64,000 bases of DNA from assembly GCF_001570565.1 (NCBI RefSeq), contig NZ_BBXE01000013.1:264984-328983 (forward strand), given 5' to 3'. The notes beneath the pieces are model-generated. The model made no database searches. It was not told the origin of the DNA and worked only from the letters and a program-made list of their open reading frames with translations. The position numbers and the translations under genes were made by a program. The DNA is from Herbidospora yilanensis (GTDB taxonomy: Bacteria > Actinomycetota > Actinomycetes > Streptosporangiales > Streptosporangiaceae). Shown one piece after another: positions 46,047 to 55,134 of this stretch; the first letter of the stretch is position 1; every line of letters starts with the position of its first letter.

Positions 46047-48979
46047 GAATCGCGCAGCACCGCGGCGTGGTCCCCCAGCGCCCCCCGGTTGGAAAGCCCG
46101 GTCTTGGCCAGCAGGCTGGCCACGTGCTTCTCCACCGTCCGCGGTGAGATGAAAAGTCGTCGGCCGATCTCGACGTTGCCGAGCCGTTCGGCGAGCAACA
46201 TCAGAACCTGGTGCTCGCGCACGGTCACGCCGAGGTTGCGCAGTTCGCCGGGCACCCCCTCCCGCCCGGGCCGACGGTACGACACCGCCGCCCCCGCCTG
46301 GCGCAGCAACGTGCGGCAGGCCGCCGTCACCGCCGTCACGCCCGCCTCGTGGAAGTGGTCCTCGGCCGCCCGCAACCACACCACCGGCTCGCCCCATCCG
46401 TCGGCCAGCGCGGCCTCCGCGACCAGCCGCGCCCCCAGGTGCGCCGCCTGCGGGAACGGCTCCCCGGCCGCCCGCGCCTCCGCCATCGTCCGCCCGGCCG
46501 CCGCGTGCTCGCCCCGCCCGCCCAGCAACACCGCGCGGGCGAGCAGCAGGAAGTGCCGGTTCCACCGCAGTTCGGCGGCCGGCTGGGCGTGCACGGCCGC
46601 CCAGTCGTCGAGGGTGAGCTCGCCGGCGAGCGCGCCCAGCAGCACGGCCAGGCCGTAGCGGCCCGTCATGTAGTAGAGCGTGGGATGTTCGTCCTCCCAC
46701 GCGCGTGCCCTGGCGAGCAACTCCGCCGCCTGGTCGCGGTCCTCCTCCAGCAGGGCGCAGAACGCCTGGCAGAGGCCGTACACGACCGGGGTGTGCAGGC
46801 TCTGCTCACCGCCCCACCTGCGGAAATCGGCCAGGGCGTGCTCCATGGCCTCGCGCCGCCCCTGGTGGGCGGCCAGTGTCGCCTGCGCCATCAGCAGATA
46901 CTGGGTGTAGGCCGTGTGCCCCAGCCGGATCGTGGTCTCGACGCACGCGGCGGCGGTCTCGGCGGCGCTCTTGTACTCCGCCCGCAGCACCCGCGTCATC
47001 ACCAGGGACGCCTCCGCGCTGTGCACCAGGCTGATCGCGCCCGCCTGGGTGGCCGCCCGCAGCACCTCCTCAAGCGGATCGCTCTCCCCGGTACGCATGT
47101 TGTGGTTGGCCGCCAGCCGGTACATCGCCCGCAACCGCCACAGGCTCAGCCCGTGCACCTCGGCGATGGCCTTCATCCGGGTCAGGCACCGGTCGGGCTC
47201 GCCGAACCCGTGCACCCTGGTCAGCATGGCCAGCCGCTCCCACGCCTGGCAGGCCACCTCGGGCAGCGGCAGCCGCTCGGCCACCTCGGCGGCGCGTCGC
47301 GACAGCGCCTCGGCGGCGGCCATCTCGGCCGGCCCGGCTTCGTTGACGCCGTGGTCGGGGAACAACAACTGCGCCTCGATCACGTCGATCGCGGCGCCGC
47401 GCGCCTCGTCGGGCAGGCTCTCCAGCGACCGCCGCACGGCCGCCACGTGGGCGCGCCCGGCGGGCAACTCGCCGATCTCGGCGGCCACCCACGCCAGCTT
47501 GGTGCGCAGGTCGACCTCCTGCCACAGCCCCATCGACAGGTCGTCGGACGCGCACTCCCTGGCCAGCTCCAGCGCCCGGTCGGCCCGGCCGCCCTCGGTC
47601 AGCGCGTGCAGCAACCGCTGGAGCGTGTGGGCCCGCGCCGGGGCGGGGCCGCCCTCCTGGAGCCGGTCGGCCCGTTCGAGCAGGGTCGCCGCGACGTCGG
47701 CGGCGCCGCCGTTCAGGTAACGTTCGCCCGCCTCGGCCAGCAACGCCCCGGCCGTGTGGACCTCACCGGCCGTCAGCCGCAGGCTCGCGGCGATCTGGAG
47801 CCACTCGTCCGGGAGCCCCGGATACAGGCGTTCGACCGACCGGGCCGCCTGGCGGGCCAGCCGGGCCCGCTCCGCCGGGATCAGCTCCGCCGACAACGCC
47901 TCGGCGGTCAGGGCGTGGCGGAAGGCGTACCATTCCCCGGCCGGTTCGTCGGGCACGACGAGCCGCGCCGTGGTGGCCGCCCGCAGGATCGCCTCGACCC
48001 CCCGGTCGTCGAGGCCGGAGACGTCCTGGATGACCGGCACCGGGAAGCGGTTCCCGAACACCGCCCCGGTCAGCAGCAGCTCGTGCGCCGCCGGCACGAG
48101 CGTCGCCATGCGCGCCGCGATCCCGCGCGCCGCCGAGTTCGGCCCCCGCGCGCCCGGGTCGTCTTTCAGGGCGTCGACGAACTCCTCGACCAAATACGGC
48201 ACGCCGTCCGTCTCGGCCACGAGGCGGTCCATCACTCCGTCCGGCAGCACGTCCGGCAACTCGTCCGGCCGTGCCAGGCAGGCCGCGACGAGCCGGCGGG
48301 TCTCGTCGGGCGACAGCGGCGGCAACTCGACGACCTCCGCCACCTGGCGGCGGGCGCAGTCGTCGGCCACGGTCCGCGCCGGGCCGGCGTGCCCGCGCAG
48401 GTTCACCAGGAGCAACGCCGGCACGTCGGCGAGGTTGTCGGCCAGGTATTCGACCACGCCCAGCGTGCCCGCGTCGGCGTCGTGCAGGTCCTCCAGCACC
48501 AGCACGCCGCCGCGCGACTCCCGTCCGAGAACGGTCAGGAGCCGCAACACGGCCTCGGCGAGGATGACCGCCGACTCCAGCCGCCGCGCGCCCCCCTCCT
48601 CCCGCCACTCGGGCACCAGCGTCGTCAACGCAGGGAGATAGGGCCGCAACAGCGGATCGTCGGGCGGCCTGCGCGACCGGGCGAGCGAGAACAACGCCTC
48701 GCTCAGCGGCTTGAACGGGATGTCCGCGCTGACCGCGCTACCCCGCCCGCGCAGGCTCACCAGCCCCAGGTCACCGGCCCGCCGGAGCACCTCCGACGTC
48801 AACCGGGACTTCCCGATGCCGGGATCGCCGACCAGGAAGACGGTCTTCCCGCGACCGTCCCCGACCTGCTCCAGACACCTGTCGAACAGCGCTTTCTCGG
48901 GTTCCCGCCCGATCAGGACCGGCGACCTGGACACGTTACTTGTGCGACACCGAGACGGGGTTGACGGGGTCGCCCTCAA
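46043..48979 (-). CDS. LAL-type (large ATP-binding LuxR) transcriptional regulator
   Basis: N-terminal P-loop VFLVGDPGIGKSRLTSEVL; C-terminal LuxR HTH REHQVLMLLAERLGNVEIGRRLFISPRTVEKHVASLLAKTG. Confidence 0.85.
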   Translation of the reverse strand: MRATPSTPSRCRTSNVSRSPVLIGREPEKALFDRCLEQVGDGRGKTVFLVGDPGIGKSRLTSEVLRRAGDLGLVSLRGRGSAVSADIPFKPLSEALFSLARSRRPPDDPLLRPYLPALTTLVPEWREEGGARRLESAVILAEAVLRLLTVLGRESRGGVLVLEDLHDADAGTLGVVEYLADNLADVPALLLVNLRGHAGPARTVADDCARRQVAEVVELPPLSPDETRRLVAACLARPDELPDVLPDGVMDRLVAETDGVPYLVEEFVDALKDDPGARGPNSAARGIAARMATLVPAAHELLLTGAVFGNRFPVPVIQDVSGLDDRGVEAILRAATTARLVVPDEPAGEWYAFRHALTAEALSAELIPAERARLARQAARSVERLYPGLPDEWLQIAASLRLTAGEVHTAGALLAEAGERYLNGGAADVAATLLERADRLQEGGPAPARAHTLQRLLHALTEGGRADRALELARECASDDLSMGLWQEVDLRTKLAWVAAEIGELPAGRAHVAAVRRSLESLPDEARGAAIDVIEAQLLFPDHGVNEAGPAEMAAAEALSRRAAEVAERLPLPEVACQAWERLAMLTRVHGFGEPDRCLTRMKAIAEVHGLSLWRLRAMYRLAANHNMRTGESDPLEEVLRAATQAGAISLVHSAEASLVMTRVLRAEYKSAAETAAACVETTIRLGHTAYTQYLLMAQATLAAHQGRREAMEHALADFRRWGGEQSLHTPVVYGLCQAFCALLEEDRDQAAELLARARAWEDEHPTLYYMTGRYGLAVLLGALAGELTLDDWAAVHAQPAAELRWNRHFLLLARAVLLGGRGEHAAAGRTMAEARAAGEPFPQAAHLGARLVAEAALADGWGEPVVWLRAAEDHFHEAGVTAVTAACRTLLRQAGAAVSYRRPGREGVPGELRNLGVTVREHQVLMLLAERLGNVEIGRRLFISPRTVEKHVASLLAKTGLSNRGALGDHAAVLRDS

Positions 48980-49136
48980 GTCCGAGCGCGATGGTCGCGC
49001 CCGCGGCGGTGTCGGGCGACTTAAGGATCAGGGTCGCGCCCGCGGTCAGCCCCGCCAGCACGAGCGCCCGGGTGAGCGGCCTGATGTTGGCCAGCCGCGC
49101 GCCGGCCGCGAGCACCGGATTCTGCTCAGTGTTCAT
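48936..49136 (-). CDS. small (66 aa) hydrophobic protein translationally coupled to the LanM-like gene
   Basis: MNTEQNPVLAAGARLANIRPLTRALVLAGLTAGATLILKSPDTAAGATIALGLEGDPVNPVSVSHK; GC3-rich; the start overlaps the lanM-like stop (ATGA); no Cys. Confidence 0.55.
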   Translation of the reverse strand: MNTEQNPVLAAGARLANIRPLTRALVLAGLTAGATLILKSPDTAAGATIALGLEGDPVNPVSVSHK

Positions 49137-51634
49137 CTGTTCTTCGTCGCCTCTCGAAAGGGGTGCAGCAACAGCACCGATGGAATCTGTCCGGGCGCGG
49201 CCAGCCGCAGCAGACCGTGCCCGATCCCGGCCAGCCCGAGGAGCAGGCCGGGTGTGGAGACGTGGCCGGGAGTGGCGCATCGTGCTCCGTGGCGGCGCAG
49301 GGACGCGAGCACCGAAGGGCCCTCACGTTCCTGGAGTTCGGGCACTCCGAGCCTGCCCACACGTCCGTGGCACAGGCTGTCGTCGGGCAGGAGCACGCTG
49401 GGCGGGGCCGTCCGGCGGGTCAGCAGCCCGCCGCACCAGGTGTGGCCCTCGACCGGGCCGATCGGGACGTCGAGCCCGTACCGGCCGAGCGCCCAGGCGA
49501 TGCCGGCCCGTCCGAACGCGAAGCCGTCGGGCAGATCCGGCGGCAGGTCCCGGCCGGTCAGCAGGTCGGCGCAGGCCGCCGCGACCGTCTCCGCCCCGAT
49601 GGCGAGCATCGCCGCCAGGCACCCGGCCAGCCCGTCGTGCACGTCGAGGGCGCTGCGCTCGGAGATCGTCGCCTCGGCCAGCTCGACCGCCCGGCCGGAC
49701 CACGCGAGCACCTCCGCGTCGCCGAGCAGGTGCCCGATCTGGGCCAGGCCGTAGGCCATGCCGCCCAGCCCGCCGAACCCGCCGCACCCCACGATCTCGG
49801 CCAGCAGCGGTTCGGCGGCCAGGGCGTCCAGCAGCGCGGGCGACGGGGAGAGGGCCTGCCGCGCGGTCTCCAGGAAGTCGCCGCGCCCGGTGACCGTGCC
49901 GGCCTGGGCCAGGAACAGCGCCACGCCGAGATAGCCGGAGGCCAGACCGCCGCCCAGGGGCATGACGGCGAGGCCGCCCTCGTCGTCGGCCTCCAGCCCC
50001 AGCCAGTTGACGGCCGCGCCCCGGCGGTGCGCGCTCGCGAGCAGTTCATCGGCGATCTTGACGGCCGCCGCCAGATAATCTCCGGTCTCGGCTTCGGACG
50101 GCTGATCGGGGCGTGGCGGATCGCCATCGACCCCCTTCGGGTCATGGCTTGGGGCCCCCGCCCGCGTTGCCAGTGACGCGCGAATGATCCACTCCTGCTT
50201 GCCCCGGTCGGCAGGCCCCAGCCCCGTCAGCTTCTCGCCCACCGATTCACGGCCCGTGCGGGCCAACTTCCACGGCACCCCGATGCCGTCCCCAGCGTAG
50301 ATCGTAAGGGAATCCGGCGATGTCCAGAAATAGGGGACATCGCATGAATTTATGCCCTCTGCCTCGAACGGCGCCGCCGCCCGCTGGAGGGCATCGTGCC
50401 CCGACAGCTCCATGAGCAGGGAAAGTGCGCGCTTACCTGAGTCGTCAAGGGCGGATTCCCATAACAGCTCGGAATAGATTCGGGTGGGCCGCAGAAGCAG
50501 TCGCACCCGCATGGGCCCGAACCGGGGGAACAACAACCGGTCCAGGTCGTGCCGCCCCTCCGCGATGGCGTCATAGGCCGCGCGAAAGCCACCGACCAGG
50601 TCGTCCACGTACGCGGCGGGGTCGGCAGGCCGCCCGTCGAGCCGGGGACGATTGGCGGCCCCCGCGAACGGACGCGGCCCGCGCACCGGCCGCATCAGAT
50701 CGGTGTCGCGGTCCTCCCACACGATCCCCGAATAGGCGTGCACCCCTGGGTCGCCGCCCAGCGCCGAGACGTCCTGGACCGCCTGGTCGCCGATCAGCAA
50801 CCTGGGCAGAATCGCGGTCCGGTCGACCGAACGCACGAGCGCGTCGTGGGCCGGATCGGCCGCGTCCGCGCTCAGCACAGGGTGGAACAGCGTCTCGGCG
50901 TCGACGACGACGGGCTGGTCGCCGGCCGCGACGACGTTCTCGAAATGGAGGTCGATCGTGTCCAGCGCGTGCGCCAGCGCGAGCAGCGCCCCCATCCGGC
51001 GATGGAACCGCGCCACCTCCGCCGCGGACGCGCAGGGCCGCGCCTCGGCGAACTCGACCCAGCCGTGCTCCTCACGGGCGACGACCCGGAGCGTACGCAG
51101 CCCGAGGCCGGGCACCCGGCCGTTCAGCCAGCCGATCGCGGCGTTCAGGCACAGATGCGCCTCGACCGGTCGCGGCCGGTAGACGACCCGGGCCCCCGAG
51201 GCGAACCGCACCACCGAGACCGACCGGCCACCGGAATGCGGATCACCGGCGGCCGAGAACGCCACCGGCCCTCCCGCTTCTCCCGGCATCAGGCCGCGCA
51301 CGGCCCTCTCGTCCCGCCGGAACCGGTCCAGCAACTCCATCGCGTGGCGTAACGCCAGGTCGGCCAGGTCGGCCACGGCCGGGTCCGGCTCACGCGCGGC
51401 CCGCCGGGCGAAGCCGGCGTACCTCTCCTCCGGCGTCGCCCCCGGCAACTCGCCCCGATCTCCGGCCTCGGCCAGCCGTACGGCCAGCGCCGGCGCGGCC
51501 CGCTCCGACAACCGGCCCACGAGATCCGCCGCGAAGGCCTCGGCGAACGCGGCCGCTCCGGGATACGCGGCCACCAGCCGGTCGGCGGCACGGCGGGCGA
51601 CGGGTTCGACGACGGCGGAGAAAGGGTGCGTCAC
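49133..51634 (-). CDS. LanM-like class II lanthipeptide synthetase homologue (DUF4135 dehydratase-like + LanC-like cyclase domains), short form (~833 aa)
   Basis: N-terminal kinase-like DLHFENVVAAGDQPVVVDAETLF; C-terminal LanC-like motifs HTWCGG, LCHGRVG, GLAGIGHGLL. Confidence 0.75.
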   Translation of the reverse strand: MTHPFSAVVEPVARRAADRLVAAYPGAAAFAEAFAADLVGRLSERAAPALAVRLAEAGDRGELPGATPEERYAGFARRAAREPDPAVADLADLALRHAMELLDRFRRDERAVRGLMPGEAGGPVAFSAAGDPHSGGRSVSVVRFASGARVVYRPRPVEAHLCLNAAIGWLNGRVPGLGLRTLRVVAREEHGWVEFAEARPCASAAEVARFHRRMGALLALAHALDTIDLHFENVVAAGDQPVVVDAETLFHPVLSADAADPAHDALVRSVDRTAILPRLLIGDQAVQDVSALGGDPGVHAYSGIVWEDRDTDLMRPVRGPRPFAGAANRPRLDGRPADPAAYVDDLVGGFRAAYDAIAEGRHDLDRLLFPRFGPMRVRLLLRPTRIYSELLWESALDDSGKRALSLLMELSGHDALQRAAAPFEAEGINSCDVPYFWTSPDSLTIYAGDGIGVPWKLARTGRESVGEKLTGLGPADRGKQEWIIRASLATRAGAPSHDPKGVDGDPPRPDQPSEAETGDYLAAAVKIADELLASAHRRGAAVNWLGLEADDEGGLAVMPLGGGLASGYLGVALFLAQAGTVTGRGDFLETARQALSPSPALLDALAAEPLLAEIVGCGGFGGLGGMAYGLAQIGHLLGDAEVLAWSGRAVELAEATISERSALDVHDGLAGCLAAMLAIGAETVAAACADLLTGRDLPPDLPDGFAFGRAGIAWALGRYGLDVPIGPVEGHTWCGGLLTRRTAPPSVLLPDDSLCHGRVGRLGVPELQEREGPSVLASLRRHGARCATPGHVSTPGLLLGLAGIGHGLLRLAAPGQIPSVLLLHPFREATKNR

Positions 51635-51694
51635 GCCCGCGATTATGTCGACCTGAAGTCCCGGAATGTCCCGGTCGTGCCCGGGAACCCGGGT

Positions 51695-52126
51695 TCACTT
51701 CCGGGGAGTCTCCTTGGGACCGGTGATGGGCACCCGCGTGGCCGACTCCTTCTTGGTCTCGCCCAGCTTGACGGTGACCTCCAGGATCCCCTTGTCGTAG
51801 ACGGCGGTGACCTCTTCCTCCATCGCCGTCGGCGGCAGCGCCACGGAGCGGGTCAGGCTGCCGTACCTGAACTCGCTGTGCTCCGCGTCCGACTCCTCGC
51901 GGTGCCGTTCGGCGTGTACGGTCAGAATCCCGTCGGCCACCGTGACCTCGACGTCCTTCTCCGGGTCGACGCCGGGCAGTTCGGCCCGCAGGACGTATTC
52001 GCCGTCCCGCATGACGTCCTCGAACCGTACGGGCTGCTGCATCGCCCGCAAGCCCAGGAACGGGTTCTCGAACAGATCGAAGATGTCGGGCAGCAGTGCC
52101 TTCTCCCGGCGCATGAGCGTGCTCAT
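51695..52126 (-). CDS. Hsp20/alpha-crystallin small heat-shock protein
   Basis: ACD core ...YVLRAELPGVDPEKDVEVTVADGILTVHAER...GILEVTVK. Confidence 0.85.
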   Translation of the reverse strand: MSTLMRREKALLPDIFDLFENPFLGLRAMQQPVRFEDVMRDGEYVLRAELPGVDPEKDVEVTVADGILTVHAERHREESDAEHSEFRYGSLTRSVALPPTAMEEEVTAVYDKGILEVTVKLGETKKESATRVPITGPKETPRK

Positions 52127-52307
52127 GGCCCACCTCCACGCTTTGCGCGTCGATTGCCGCGGGCGTATCGCCCGCTACCCCTCCAGCCTGCGGAAACACC
52201 CGTCCAGGCGGTAGGGCCTTTGGTCCCGGCGACAGGTGACGAGGGGCGACCCCCCCAGCCTTTGAGGTGGATTCACCGTCCGGACAGGGGCGATCTACAG
52301 TGGGCGG

Positions 52308-53171
52308 ATGGGCATGGTGAAGACGGTCGGGCTGGTCCTGCATCCGCGCCGCGACTCCAAAGAGGCCATCGACACGATCATCGAATGGGCTCGCGGACGC
52401 GGCGTGACGGTGCTCGGGCTGCCCGAGGAGGTCGGGCGGATCGACTGCAGCGCCCTGCCCGTCGGCCCCGCCGAACTGGCCGCGCGGTCCGACCTGATGG
52501 TCAGCCTCGGCGGCGACGGGACCATGCTCCGGACGATGCGGCTGATCGCCGGCCTGCCGACGCCGGTGCTCGGGGTCAACCTGGGCAAACTGGGCTTCCT
52601 CGCCGAGATCGACGTCGAGGAGCTGCCCCCGGCGCTGACGGCCATCGACGCCCACGAACACTTCGTCGAGGCGCGCATGGCCGTCCGGACGCTGCTGCCC
52701 GACCACGGCGAGGTGCTGGCGTTCAACGACATCGCCCTGGTCCGGCACCCCGGCGACGGGATGGCGGCCGTGGCGGTCTCGGTGGCGGGCCATCCGTTCG
52801 TACGGCTGGCGGCCGACGCGGTGATCGTGGCGACCTCGACCGGGTCGACGGCCTACAGCTTCTCGGCCGGGGGGCCGATCGTCTCGCCCAACGTCGAGGG
52901 GTTCCTCGTGGTGCCGGCGGCGGCACACTCGACGTTCAACCGGGCACTGGTGTTGTCGGCCGACGAGGAGGTGACGCTGGAGGTGCTGCCGACCAGCGGG
53001 CACATCGCGGTCGAGGTCGACGGGACGATCGCCGGGCACCTGTCTCCCGGGCACCGGATCACCGTGACGGCGGTCCGGGCGGCGGCCCGGGTGGTGCGGT
53101 TCGGGGCGACCTCCTTCTACGAGCGGGCCCGGCGGAAACTGCGCGTCAACGGGAGCGCCGAGGTCGACTAG
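52308..53171 (+). CDS. nadK: NAD(+) kinase
   Basis: GGDGTML motif and overall PpnK architecture. Confidence 0.9.
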   Translation: MGMVKTVGLVLHPRRDSKEAIDTIIEWARGRGVTVLGLPEEVGRIDCSALPVGPAELAARSDLMVSLGGDGTMLRTMRLIAGLPTPVLGVNLGKLGFLAEIDVEELPPALTAIDAHEHFVEARMAVRTLLPDHGEVLAFNDIALVRHPGDGMAAVAVSVAGHPFVRLAADAVIVATSTGSTAYSFSAGGPIVSPNVEGFLVVPAAAHSTFNRALVLSADEEVTLEVLPTSGHIAVEVDGTIAGHLSPGHRITVTAVRAAARVVRFGATSFYERARRKLRVNGSAEVD

Positions 53172-54391
53172 CGCGTCACGTCGGCGAGCCGGGCCAGCAG
53201 GTGGCGGCGTTCCGGCTCGCTGCCGACCAGCTCCAGGGCCTCGCGGAACGCCCCCGCCGCCTCGGCCGGACGGCCCAGCCGGCGCAGCAGCTCGCCCCGG
53301 GCGGCCGGATAGACGTGCAGGCCGCGCAGCCGGGGCTCCCCCGCCAGGGCGTCGAGCAGGGCCAGGCCCGCCTCCGGGCCGTCGCGCATGGCGACGGCGA
53401 CCGCGCGGTTGAGGTCGACCACCGGCGACGGGGCCAGCGACCGGAGGACGTCATACAGGCTGACGATCTGGGGCCAGTCGGTGGGCTCCTCGTCGTGCAG
53501 GGCGGCGATGGCGGCCTGCACGCCGTAGGGGCCGGGCGGGCCGCCGGTCAGCGCGGTGACGACCAGGGGCTCGCCTTCGTCGATCATGGCGCGGTCCCAC
53601 CGGGAGCGGTCCTGGTCTTCGAGGAGGACCAGCCCGCCGTCGGGGCCGGTGCGGGCGGCGCGGCGGGCGTGGGTGAGCAGCATCAGCGCCAGCAGGCCGG
53701 TGGCCTCGCGTTCCCCCGGCAGAAGTCGGTGCAGGATGCGGGCCAGGCGCAGCGCCTCCTCGGCCAGGTCGTGGCGGACGAGGTCGGGGCCGGCGCTGGC
53801 GGCGTAGCCCTCGGTGAAGATCGAGTAGATCGCCTGGAGCACGCCGGGCAGGCGGGCCGGGAGCTCGTGGGGTTCCGGCACGCGGAAGGGGATCCGCGCC
53901 ACGCTGATCTTCTTCTTGGCCCTGACCAGGCGTTTGGCCATGGTCTCCACCGGCACCAGGTAGGCCCGCGCCACCTCGGCGGTGGTCAGGCCGGCCAGGT
54001 AGCGCAGCGTCAGCGCGCCCCGGTCGGCCTCGGGGAGAGCGGGGTGGGCGAAGGTGAAGAACAGGCGCAGCCGCTCGTCGGGCAGGGTGCCCTCGAAGAC
54101 CGGCGGCCCCGTCCGGTCCACCTCCACCTGGAGCAGGGCCAGCCGGGCGGCGTAGGTCCTGTCGCGGCGCAGCCGGTCGACGGCGCGGCGGCGGGCGGTG
54201 GTCATCAGCCAGGCCCCCGGGCTGGCCGGGACTCCGTCGGCGGGCCAGTGGACGAGGGCCGCCTCGATCGCCTCGGAGGTCACCTCTTCGGCCAGGTCGA
54301 GGTCGCCGAACCGCCGGACGAGCGCGGCCAGCAACCGGCCGCGCTCCTCGCGGAAGATCGCCTCGACCGACGCGTTGACGTCGCCGGTCAT
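53168..54391 (-). CDS. ECF-type sigma-70 factor with long C-terminal TPR-like extension
   Basis: Sigma region 2/4 motifs (FREERGRLLAAL...; LTTAEVARAYLVPVETMAKRL) plus ~230 aa of helical repeats. This subfamily is usually next to YCII-like genes. Confidence 0.8.
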   Translation of the reverse strand: MTGDVNASVEAIFREERGRLLAALVRRFGDLDLAEEVTSEAIEAALVHWPADGVPASPGAWLMTTARRRAVDRLRRDRTYAARLALLQVEVDRTGPPVFEGTLPDERLRLFFTFAHPALPEADRGALTLRYLAGLTTAEVARAYLVPVETMAKRLVRAKKKISVARIPFRVPEPHELPARLPGVLQAIYSIFTEGYAASAGPDLVRHDLAEEALRLARILHRLLPGEREATGLLALMLLTHARRAARTGPDGGLVLLEDQDRSRWDRAMIDEGEPLVVTALTGGPPGPYGVQAAIAALHDEEPTDWPQIVSLYDVLRSLAPSPVVDLNRAVAVAMRDGPEAGLALLDALAGEPRLRGLHVYPAARGELLRRLGRPAEAAGAFREALELVGSEPERRHLLARLADVTR

Positions 54392-54396
54392 GGAGG

Positions 54397-54723
54397 TCAG
54401 GTGTACTCGATGATCGGCCGCACCACCATCGAGCCGCCGTGCCGGGCGCCGGGGCAGCGGGCCGCCCAGTCGGTGGCGGCGTCGAGGTCGGGCACGTCGA
54501 TGATGTAGTAGCCGCCGAGCACCTCACGGGCCTCGGCGTAGGGGCCGTCGGTGACGACCTTCTCGCCGTCGGCGGAGATGTGGACGGCGGTCGACAGGGA
54601 CGGCTCCCCCAGCGGGTTGCCGTCGACGTGGACGCCGGCGTCGCGCAGCGACTTGTCGTAGTCGCCCCACTCCTGCGGAGTGCAGGCGTCGCTCGCGCCG
54701 TGGATCAGCAACATGTACTTCAT
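54397..54723 (-). CDS. YCII-related (DGPF) domain protein
   Basis: MKYMLLIHGAS...VTDGPYAEAREVLGGYYIIDVPDLDAATDWAARCP. Confidence 0.7.
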   Translation of the reverse strand: MKYMLLIHGASDACTPQEWGDYDKSLRDAGVHVDGNPLGEPSLSTAVHISADGEKVVTDGPYAEAREVLGGYYIIDVPDLDAATDWAARCPGARHGGSMVVRPIIEYT

Positions 54724-55043
54724 CAGAACTGCTCGCATTCCCGCAGCACGACCGCGCCGCCCTCCCACGAGCCGGGGCAGCGGGCCGCCCAGTCGAGGGC
54801 GGTCTCCCTGTCGGGGACGTCGAGGACGTAGTAGCCGCCGAGCACCTCCCGGCTCTCGGCGAACGGGCCGTCGGTCACGACCCGCTCGGCGCCGTCGACG
54901 CGGACGGTGGTGGCCTGGGCGATGTCGGTCAGGGACTCGCCGGAGACGTAGACGCCGGCTTCCTTGACCGACTTGTCGTAGTCCATCCAGGCCGCGAAGT
55001 CGCCCGCCGCGCCGCCGCTGTAGATCAAGAGCATGTATTTCAT
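54723..55043 (-). CDS. YCII-related (DGPF) domain protein, paralogue
   Basis: MKYMLLIYSGG...VTDGPFAESREVLGGYYVLDVPDRETALDWAARCP; 1-nt overlap with the downstream paralogue. Confidence 0.7.
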   Translation of the reverse strand: MKYMLLIYSGGAAGDFAAWMDYDKSVKEAGVYVSGESLTDIAQATTVRVDGAERVVTDGPFAESREVLGGYYVLDVPDRETALDWAARCPGSWEGGAVVLRECEQF

Positions 55044-55134
55044 CGAGCCGACGCTCCTTGGTTCTTGTGGTCTGACGGGATGACGACGAACGGGTCCTCT
55101 TCAGATGGACACCGGAGCCGGGAAAATATTCCGC

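Noticed and set aside
46211-48964. 917-aa + ORF
   Set aside because: It is antisense to the LAL regulator, with Arg/Gly/Pro-rich composition.
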